Below are positions 56,410 to 64,000 of a DNA stretch of 64,000 bases, piece by piece. The notes beneath the pieces are model-generated. The model ran no database searches. It worked only from the letters and a program-made list of their open reading frames with translations, and was not told the DNA's origin. The position numbers and the translations under genes were made by a program. The stretch's first letter is position 1. The number at the start of each line of letters is the position of its first letter. Location: NCBI GenBank assembly GCA_964275745.1, contig CAXYCT010000017.1, forward strand, positions 34,171 to 98,170. Direction: 5' to 3'. This DNA is from an uncultured Woeseiaceae bacterium (GTDB lineage: Bacteria > Pseudomonadota > Gammaproteobacteria > Steroidobacterales > Woeseiaceae).

Positions 56410-58638
56410 CTAAGTATTAACTGAATCAATAATCTTATTAAAAAGGCGACTTGGTCGCATTGCTTTTTTTAGTAACTGTTCATCTGGATGATAATAGCCT
56501 CCAAGGTTGATACTTTTTCCTTGAGTTTGATTTAACTCCTGGTTAATTTTTTCCTCATTTGTGGTTAAAGTAATATAAAGCTCAGAGAATTTTTTTTGTA
56601 ATTCTTGATCATCAGATTGTTCAGCAATGGCTTTAGCCCAATAAATCGCCAAATAGAAATGACTGTGACGATTGTCAAGTTCACCCACTTTTCTCGAAGG
56701 AGACTTATTTTTTTCTAAAAACATTGAATTTGCCAGTCCAAGTGCATTGGCAATAATTTCAGCCTTTTTATTCTTAGTTTTTCTTGCAACTTCCTCTAAG
56801 GATACCTTCATAGCCAGAAATTCACCTAATGAATCCCAGCGAAGGTGACCCTCCTCTGTAAACTGAGCAACATGTTTTGGAGCTGATCCACCTGCACCAG
56901 TTTCAAAGAGACCGCCTCCAGCCAGAAGCGGGACAATAGATAGCATTTTTGCACTTGTGCCAAGTTCTAAGATTGGAAATAAGTCAGTTAAATAGTCTCT
57001 CAGAACATTACCAGTTACAGAAATTACACTTTCGCCAGAATGAATTAATTCTAATGTCTTTTTCATGGCCTTGTTAGGAGAAAGGATAGAGATATCTAAT
57101 GCATTGACATCTTCATTAGCTAAACATTCTGATACTTTTTTAATTAATAGGCTGTCATGGGCTCTATTTTTATCCAGCCAAAAAATGGTCGGTAACTGAG
57201 TGATTCTAGCTCTTTCAATAGCTAATTTGACCCAATTTATGATTGCCGCATCTTTTGTTTGGCACATTCGCCATATATCCCCTTTACTAACGATATGCTC
57301 ACTCAAGATTGATTCATTTTCGTCGCTAACTCTAACTGTTCCAGACGAGATGATTTCAAAAGTTTTGTCATGGGAGCCATATTCTTCAGCTTTTTGAGCC
57401 ATTAATCCAATATTTGACACATTTCCCATTGTAGTTACATCAAAAGCACCGTGCTCTCTACAAAATTCAATTACCTCTTGATAGATAGTCGCATAACATT
57501 GGTCCGGTATCAGCGCTTTAGTATCATGTAATTTTCCATCAGATCCCCACATTTTTCCTGATGATCTTATCGCAGCAGGCATCGATGCATCAATGATTAC
57601 GTTACTAGGAATATGTAAATTTGTTATGCCTTTATCTGAATCAACCATTGCTAATGAAGGCTGATCCTTGTAAATATTTGAGAGGTCTTTTTCTATTTCT
57701 AGACGCTGCTCTGCAGGTAAATTTTTGATTTTTGCATAAACATCACCGATGCCATTATTTGCATCCACGCCAAGTTTCTGGAAAAGCTCAACATGTTTTT
57801 CAAAACAATCTGCGTAGTATGAAGTGACCGCATGACCAAAGATTATTGGGTCTGAGATTTTCATCATAGTAGCTTTAAGGTGCAATGATAATAATATATC
57901 TTCTTCTTTGCTGGATTTTATTTCTTTCGCAAAAAATTCTCTAAGCTTATTTATATTCATAGAAGCTGTATCAATAATTTCATTTGATTGAATTGTTAGA
58001 TTATTTTTTAGAATAGAATGCTCACCATTGCTATTTATTAATTCAATTTTTAGAGTACATGAGTTATTTGAGGTAAAAGATTTTTCTGAAGAGTAAAAAT
58101 CGCCCTCTAGCATATGAGCTACATTAGTTTTTGAGGTTTTATTCCAAGCTCCCATTCTATGTGGATTATTTTTTGCAAATGTTTTAACTGCGCTTGCTAC
58201 CCTTCTATCTGAGTTCCCCTCTCTCAATACTGGATTTACAGCACTTCCCAATATTTTTGAGTATTTAATTTTATTTCTTTTTTCATTATCATTCTTGGGG
58301 TTATCTGGGTAGCTTGGAATCACGTAACCTTGGTCTTGTAATTCGATGATGGCGGCTTTTAATTGTGGTATTGATGCACTGATATTGGGTAACTTAACAA
58401 TATTCGCTGAAGCATTTTTTACCAGATTACCAAGTTCATCGAGGTCATTCTTTATTTTTTGAGAGTCAGTTAGATTTTCGGGGAAATTACATAGAATCCT
58501 AGCTGCCAGCGAAATATCACGAGTCTCGATTCTTATATTTGCAGTTTTTGTATATGCTTTTATTATCGGGAGCAATGAATATGTTGCTAATAAAGGGGCT
58601 TCATCTGTTTTGGTGTATATAATTTTGGATACAGTCAT
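56410..58638 (-). CDS. icd: NADP-dependent isocitrate dehydrogenase, monomeric type
   Basis: 742 aa. The N-terminus [22 protein letters not shown] and the overall length are typical of the monomeric IDH family. Confidence 0.9.
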   Translation of the reverse strand: MTVSKIIYTKTDEAPLLATYSLLPIIKAYTKTANIRIETRDISLAARILCNFPENLTDSQKIKNDLDELGNLVKNASANIVKLPNISASIPQLKAAIIELQDQGYVIPSYPDNPKNDNEKRNKIKYSKILGSAVNPVLREGNSDRRVASAVKTFAKNNPHRMGAWNKTSKTNVAHMLEGDFYSSEKSFTSNNSCTLKIELINSNGEHSILKNNLTIQSNEIIDTASMNINKLREFFAKEIKSSKEEDILLSLHLKATMMKISDPIIFGHAVTSYYADCFEKHVELFQKLGVDANNGIGDVYAKIKNLPAEQRLEIEKDLSNIYKDQPSLAMVDSDKGITNLHIPSNVIIDASMPAAIRSSGKMWGSDGKLHDTKALIPDQCYATIYQEVIEFCREHGAFDVTTMGNVSNIGLMAQKAEEYGSHDKTFEIISSGTVRVSDENESILSEHIVSKGDIWRMCQTKDAAIINWVKLAIERARITQLPTIFWLDKNRAHDSLLIKKVSECLANEDVNALDISILSPNKAMKKTLELIHSGESVISVTGNVLRDYLTDLFPILELGTSAKMLSIVPLLAGGGLFETGAGGSAPKHVAQFTEEGHLRWDSLGEFLAMKVSLEEVARKTKNKKAEIIANALGLANSMFLEKNKSPSRKVGELDNRHSHFYLAIYWAKAIAEQSDDQELQKKFSELYITLTTNEEKINQELNQTQGKSINLGGYYHPDEQLLKKAMRPSRLFNKIIDSVNT

Positions 58639-58701
58639 ATTTTTTGTCTTTTATATTATTTTCTGAGAATATTCAGAATTTCTTTAGAGATTATTGTTGA
58701 G

Positions 58702-58971
58702 TTATTGGCGTGAAATTTTTTCAATAATTTGAGTAGGATTATCAGTTTTTCTGTAATATCCATGACGGATTTTCATTTTCTCGAATGCTAAATCTCTCTC
58801 ATTTTCATCGTCATACCAATGTTGTTTCGACCAATTTTCTCCCAGAATGTTTCCAAGGGTATCTCCTGATGGAAGAGTAACTTTGATGCCGAAATTTTTC
58901 TTTTCGTTTTTGAGTTTGATGCTTACGTTGTGCTGATGACAAAAATCCATATTATCTCTCTGATAGCTCAA
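58702..58971 (-). CDS. Hypothetical protein (89 aa)
   Basis: ORF only. It has a TTG start (or an internal ATG at codon 8), and I recognise no family. Confidence 0.35.
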   Translation of the reverse strand: MSYQRDNMDFCHQHNVSIKLKNEKKNFGIKVTLPSGDTLGNILGENWSKQHWYDDENERDLAFEKMKIRHGYYRKTDNPTQIIEKISRQ

Positions 58972-59023
58972 AGAAAGGAATTATAGCTTAGATTTTAATC
59001 GCTAATCAAAGAGTGTTGGATTT

Positions 59024-60334
59024 TTATTTAAATAGCTTGATGAATCTTTTTTTAAATTCTTTTGATTGATTGTGCATATAAATCATTAGGATTATGTTTA
59101 AAGCTGACAAGAGGGCGAAGAATTCCAAGATACTTAAGCCTAAACTAAGAGTTGTTATTGCTAAAAGTGAAGCTGATACCATAAAAATTGCATTAAGAAT
59201 GTTATTAGCAGCAATTATTCTAGATAAGTATTTAGTATCGGCATCTTTTTGTATTTTTGCATAGAAAGGCACGCTAAATATTCCACCACAAGCACCAATC
59301 ATAATAAGGTCGAAAATTATACGCCAGTGGCGAGGTTGATCAAAAAAACCCATTACAGTAGTTATTTGAGTATGATTATTACCTGAAGCAGCAAAATATA
59401 AATCCAAAACGAAAACAGTTAACCCCATAGCTCCTATGGGAATAATACCAATTTCTACACGATTTTTAGATAGTTTTTCGCATGCCAATGAGCCAATTCC
59501 AATTCCAATAGCGAAGGTTGCAAGCAATAGAGTTGTTATTGTTTCATTTCCATTGATTGTATTAAGAGTTAGGGCAGGTATTTGTAATGTTACTGCTGAA
59601 GCAAAAAACCAAAACCAAGATATACCAATAATGCACAGAAATACCTCTTTATCCTTTTTACTGTATCTGATGATACGAGATATTTCTGAGAAAATATTCC
59701 AATTTATTTTTAATGTAGGATCGGTTGCTTTAGTTAAAGGTATTTTTCGACTTGATAGATAACCTATTATAGATATGGAGACAAGCCAGATCGCCAGAGG
59801 AAAATCACCAAATTGACTTGAAGAGGCAGCTAATCCGCCTATCACTAGACCCAAAATAATAGCAATATAGGTTCCAGATTCAACCAATGCATTACCGCCA
59901 ATAAGCTCGTCAGTTTTAAGTTTTTGAGGTATATAAGCATATTTTACTGGACCGAATAAAGAGGATTGAAACCCCATTAAAAATAAGATAAAAAGAAGTG
60001 AAGAGTAATTCTGTGTAATTAGTGAGGTAGCTGCGAATAGCATCACCAAGATTTCTAAAAGTTTTATAGAACGAATTAAGAATGATTTTTCAAATTTATC
60101 AGCTAATTGACCCGCGATTGCTGAAAATAAAAAATAAGGCAGTATAAATAAAGCACCAGCAACATTTGCTATTTGACTAGCATTGAGACCAAATATTTCA
60201 ATACCTTTAAAGGTAAGAAGAATGATTAGCCCGTTGCGAAAAATATTATCATTAAAGGCGCCTAAGAATTGTGTGCTGAAAAATGGCGCAAACCGCCTTT
60301 GTTTTAATAATGTAAATTGGTTGAATTTACTCAT
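59024..60334 (-). CDS. MFS transporter, lysophospholipid transporter (LplT)-like
   Basis: 436 aa and polytopic. The N-terminal RRFAPFFSTQFLGAFNDNIFRNGLIILL matches the pattern I recall for LplT/Aas-associated MFS domains. Confidence 0.6.
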   Translation of the reverse strand: MSKFNQFTLLKQRRFAPFFSTQFLGAFNDNIFRNGLIILLTFKGIEIFGLNASQIANVAGALFILPYFLFSAIAGQLADKFEKSFLIRSIKLLEILVMLFAATSLITQNYSSLLFILFLMGFQSSLFGPVKYAYIPQKLKTDELIGGNALVESGTYIAIILGLVIGGLAASSSQFGDFPLAIWLVSISIIGYLSSRKIPLTKATDPTLKINWNIFSEISRIIRYSKKDKEVFLCIIGISWFWFFASAVTLQIPALTLNTINGNETITTLLLATFAIGIGIGSLACEKLSKNRVEIGIIPIGAMGLTVFVLDLYFAASGNNHTQITTVMGFFDQPRHWRIIFDLIMIGACGGIFSVPFYAKIQKDADTKYLSRIIAANNILNAIFMVSASLLAITTLSLGLSILEFFALLSALNIILMIYMHNQSKEFKKRFIKLFK

Positions 60335-60366
60335 AGATGTAATTAACTAATGTTAAAAGATCACTA

Positions 60367-61173
60367 TTAGTTATATTCCAGGATCAGCTCATCTTTTTTG
60401 TAATTTGGGGCAAATATGTCGCTCAATCTGTAGGTTTGGGTATCATCAGAATCTTTCTCATTAGGGTTATTACCCATTCCTGGCTGCATCGGGAGTTGAT
60501 GGGTTTGAGCTGTTAATTTTTGTATAAATGTATTGGCAGCCATGGGTGCAGCATTACCGGTTGCCTTGAATATTTGATCAGGTGTGATGCTTGTTGAGCT
60601 ATAAAAATTAGCGTTACTTCGTCTATCCATAGACAGAGTTGCACCTTCTAAAGAGACACCAACAAATAAACCTCTACTTCTGGAGTACGAGTATATTTCT
60701 GCATTGAATCTTAAATCTGTTGCTGCAGCTGTATGTCTGCCAATTGGACCAGCAGCTATGGATGCATCTGCGCCAAGAGTTAATTTTCCATTGCTAATTC
60801 CATCAACACCCTTGCGCGTTTTGAATACAAGGATACTATCAGTTGATTGAGCGCCAGCTTGAAGTCCTAAACTACCTCCTGTAAGTGTAATAAATGCTGG
60901 ATTGCTCCATGAGTTATCTTCATTACGAATCACGATAATTCCTTTTCCTCTCCTTATTCCTACAATCGCACCTACTTTGAGCACATTTGGAAATACTGCA
61001 ATGGCGTAAGCTCTTGATAGTAAGGCTGGAGGTACAGATTGCTCGGGTATTCGAAGGATTTGATCAATGACATCTGTGGCATCCATAACACGTTTTTCTT
61101 GAGTATTTGCAGCCTGCGTGTGAGTCGACATAATGAATAACGTCATTGTCATAACTATTAATCTTGAAATCAT
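60367..61173 (-). CDS. SYLF (Ysc84/DUF500) lipid-binding domain protein, secreted
   Basis: A signal peptide (…TLFIMSTHTQA), plus GGSLGLQAGAQS and YSYSRSRGLFVGVSLEG motifs. ATG 61173 avoids overlap with the P-II stop. Confidence 0.65.
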   Translation of the reverse strand: MISRLIVMTMTLFIMSTHTQAANTQEKRVMDATDVIDQILRIPEQSVPPALLSRAYAIAVFPNVLKVGAIVGIRRGKGIIVIRNEDNSWSNPAFITLTGGSLGLQAGAQSTDSILVFKTRKGVDGISNGKLTLGADASIAAGPIGRHTAAATDLRFNAEIYSYSRSRGLFVGVSLEGATLSMDRRSNANFYSSTSITPDQIFKATGNAAPMAANTFIQKLTAQTHQLPMQPGMGNNPNEKDSDDTQTYRLSDIFAPNYKKDELILEYN

Positions 61174-61189
61174 TTTATTACCAGATAAT

Positions 61190-61531
<342 letters not shown>

Positions 61532-61658
61532 TTATTCCTGATTTACATTTACGACTGATTATAAGGAGAAATTATGGTAATTACAGCTAAATAGAATGAT
61601 TTTTTATATTCATAATCTATGGCTGAGTTTCGATTTGACTGCTATTATTTGAACTCTT

Positions 61659-62684
61659 ATGGTGAAAATCACTCAAAATAGCTATAACAAGCAAAGCCTT
61701 ATTTATAATGGTGGAGCATTTTGTTATGCATTAATCTCTTATACTCTAGGTTTGTATGGTTTATTTCATATGAATCTAATTATAAATTTTGCTGCAATAC
61801 TCTTGTTATCCCATGGAATGATTATAGCAGCCTACTTGGTTCATGAGTGTGCTCATAACTTAGTTTTTAAGAAAATGCAGCATAATACTTTTTTTGGTAA
61901 GTTCCTGGTTTGGATTTGCGGTGCCTCTTATGGGACATATGAAGACATTAGATATAAACATTTCCGTCATCACGTCGATAATGATGATGTAGTTTGGTTC
62001 GATTATGAGGCTTTTTTTAGGAAACACCCTCGAATATTGAGGTTAACTCAAATTTTAGAATGGTTCTATATTCCAGTGCATGACTTAATAATGCATTTTA
62101 TTATGGTGTTTACTTCGTTTGTCATTCCGCAGAGGCGTAATCAAAGAAAAAGAAATTTACTTGTTATACTGACAAGAGGGTCTTTATTTATAATGCTTAC
62201 AATCTATTACCCACAAGTTGCTTTCTTCTATATATTGGCCTATTTAATAATGATGACAGTGTTGAGATTTATGGATAGTATCCAGCATGATTATAGCTAT
62301 AACCTAACTCTATTCACTAAAGAGAGATCGCCTAGAAAAGGTGATTTCAATTGGGAACAAGAGCATACCTTTAGTAACCCAATATCAATGAATATCCCAT
62401 TTTTAAATTGGGCGACTTTAAATTTTGGTTTTCACAATGCACATCATGCGGATATGTCGATCCCCTGGTATAAACTTCCTGATAAACATAAAGAATTATT
62501 TGGTGAAAATTCAAAACGTCATGTTCCGTTTTTATCGCAATTAAAGATATTTCATAAACAACGTGTCAACCGTATTATTGATAATCACAACGAAGAATCA
62601 CCGACAGGAAATGATTATTTGATTGCAGCGCGCAAAGCAGAAGTATCAGGTGGAAATGCGGCATCATTTTTGACTTCTTTTTAG
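61659..62684 (+). CDS. Membrane fatty acid desaturase family protein
   Basis: Three His boxes: HECAH, HFRHH and HNAHH. TM helices lie between boxes 1-2 and after. Confidence 0.8.
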   Translation: MVKITQNSYNKQSLIYNGGAFCYALISYTLGLYGLFHMNLIINFAAILLLSHGMIIAAYLVHECAHNLVFKKMQHNTFFGKFLVWICGASYGTYEDIRYKHFRHHVDNDDVVWFDYEAFFRKHPRILRLTQILEWFYIPVHDLIMHFIMVFTSFVIPQRRNQRKRNLLVILTRGSLFIMLTIYYPQVAFFYILAYLIMMTVLRFMDSIQHDYSYNLTLFTKERSPRKGDFNWEQEHTFSNPISMNIPFLNWATLNFGFHNAHHADMSIPWYKLPDKHKELFGENSKRHVPFLSQLKIFHKQRVNRIIDNHNEESPTGNDYLIAARKAEVSGGNAASFLTSF

Positions 62685-62703
62685 AGTGTTTAAGGCCAGA
62701 TAA

Positions 62704-63546
62704 TTGCAACAACTTAAAATTTATCAATCACTCTGGGGAATGGAGCAACGTGATCCTGGTAGAGACGAGCCTTCTTTAAGGTATAACTTTAAGAAAGCAA
62801 AAGATGCTGGATATGATGGCTTATGCCTTGATTTGACCGTCGAAGAAATAGACGATTTTAAAGAAGTGCATAATTTGTTTGATGAGTTTAATCTTGGGTG
62901 TATGGTCAATGCTTTCCCTATGCGACCATCCGACATGCAGCCATTAATCAGGGTGGCAAAAAGTCTCAATGCACCGTTAATAAATATCATAAGTGGCGTT
63001 ATGCCTCTTAAGCCAGCTGATGCAGTTCCCTGTGTCAAAAAGTGGTTGGCAGAAGCTAAAGAAAGTGACATTGATATTCTATTTGAAACACATCGTGATG
63101 GCCTGCTTAATGATTTATTTTTCACGTTACAGCTAATGGATTTAGTCCCTGAGATGAGATTATGTGCTGACTTATCACATTTTGTAATTGACAGAGAGCT
63201 AAGATTGCCAGTTCCAGAGCGAGATCGAGCTTTCTTAAATAATGTACTCGAAAGATCAGATTGTTTTCAAGGACGAATTGCAAATCGTGAGCAAATTCAA
63301 ATTCAAATCGATTTTCCTCAGCATAAAGAGTGGGTAAATCAATTTAAAATATGGTGGAGAGATGGAATAAGGATGTGGCGCAAAAGAAATGATTCAAATG
63401 CCATACTTATTTTTTTATGTGAACTTGGCCCAAGACCATATGCTATAACTGACAAAAATCAAGAAGAGTTATCAGATAGATGGGAAGAAGCTTTAATAAT
63501 CAGGAAATGGGTAGAAGATATCTGGATTGAGCTTGAAAACGAATAA
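62704..63546 (+). CDS. Xylose-isomerase-like TIM-barrel protein (sugar phosphate isomerase/epimerase family)
   Basis: 280 aa with a TTG start. The alternating beta/alpha pattern and acidic/His residues (…ETHRD…CADLSHF…) are consistent with AP-endonuclease-2/TIM-barrel family members. Assignment by resemblance only. Confidence 0.45.
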   Translation: MQQLKIYQSLWGMEQRDPGRDEPSLRYNFKKAKDAGYDGLCLDLTVEEIDDFKEVHNLFDEFNLGCMVNAFPMRPSDMQPLIRVAKSLNAPLINIISGVMPLKPADAVPCVKKWLAEAKESDIDILFETHRDGLLNDLFFTLQLMDLVPEMRLCADLSHFVIDRELRLPVPERDRAFLNNVLERSDCFQGRIANREQIQIQIDFPQHKEWVNQFKIWWRDGIRMWRKRNDSNAILIFLCELGPRPYAITDKNQEELSDRWEEALIIRKWVEDIWIELENE

Positions 63547-63569
63547 TTTAATTAGTGAGAGGGTATAAA

Positions 63570-64000
63570 ATGATCGATTTAAAAGATAAGACAGTTTTTA
63601 TTTCCGGAGGAAGTAGAGGTATAGGACTTGCAATTGCAAAGCGTGCTGCTCAAGATGGTGCAAATATAATAATTGCTGCAAAAACAGCAGAACCTCATCC
63701 CACTCTGCCTGGAACTATCTATTCAGCTGCGGAAGAAATTGAAGAAGCGGGTGGAAAAGCGCTACCTTTAATTTGTGATATTCGATCAGATGAGCAAGTC
63801 CATTCAGCTGTTGAGGCTGGAGCAGAAAAATTTGGAGGTATTGATATTTGCATTAACAATGCCAGTGCTATTTCTCTGACACCTACAATGCAAACCCCCA
63901 TGAAGAGATTTGACTTAATGCAGCAGGTTAATACCAGAGGTACTTTTTTAGTATCACAAACTTGTATCCCTTACTTAATGAAATCAAATAATCCACATAT
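63570..64000 (+). CDS. SDR-family oxidoreductase (HSDL2-like), 3'-truncated by the window edge
   Basis: ATG 63570 lies behind a GAGAGGG RBS. The translation MIDLKDKTVFISGGSRGIGLAIAKRAAQDGANIIIAAKT...INNASAI runs to the end of the window. It is not in the ORF track because no stop is reached. Confidence 0.8.
   Translation, partial: MIDLKDKTVFISGGSRGIGLAIAKRAAQDGANIIIAAKTAEPHPTLPGTIYSAAEEIEEAGGKALPLICDIRSDEQVHSAVEAGAEKFGGIDICINNASAISLTPTMQTPMKRFDLMQQVNTRGTFLVSQTCIPYLMKSNNPH

Overview
This is an AT-rich, gene-dense chromosomal segment of about 60 genes from a Gram-negative bacterium. Lipoboxes, Tol/Exb-type, Cpx-type and Fur-type elements support that; a marine gammaproteobacterial origin is only an inference. 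I saw no transposase, integrase, prophage or CRISPR array.

Left part (1-21 kb): ychF (5'-truncated), one CAU-anticodon tRNA, Puu-like gamma-glutamyl/polyamine catabolic genes (puuB-like, puuC-like, ggt, amidase), an orphan RACo-like 2Fe-2S/ASKHA protein followed by a beta-oxidation-type set (SDR, thiolase, MDR reductase, MaoC hydratase), a Na+/glucose-type symporter divergent from glk, and a cluster of secreted or membrane proteins of unknown function.

Middle (21-37 kb): a transsulfuration enzyme, three neighbouring genes broken by 1-nt frameshifts (ctaA, a cysteine-dioxygenase-like gene, fbpC-like), a Fe3+ ABC importer behind a near-perfect Fur box, cspA, a canonical FGE, acetoacetyl-CoA synthetase, and a CpxA/CpxR/CpxP-like module.

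The most unusual region is 37.8-49.4 kb, an apparently single operon. It encodes a perfect-repeat Ser/Gly lipoprotein, a second lipoprotein, a Hanks kinase, an FHA-TM-PEGA x5-FGE-like protein that lacks the catalytic cysteines, a MotA/ExbB-family channel, a degenerate Hsp70-fold+FHA protein, and two paralogous ExbD/TolR-like anchors fused to a coiled coil and a vWA domain. I cannot equate this combination with any named system from memory.

Right part (49-64 kb): azurin, phhB, a Ser/Thr dehydratase, divergently arranged ilvI and ilvH, proBA, monomeric icd, an LplT-like MFS transporter, a SYLF protein, P-II, a desaturase and SDR genes.

All calls rest on reading the translations and sequence by eye. 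No database search was run.
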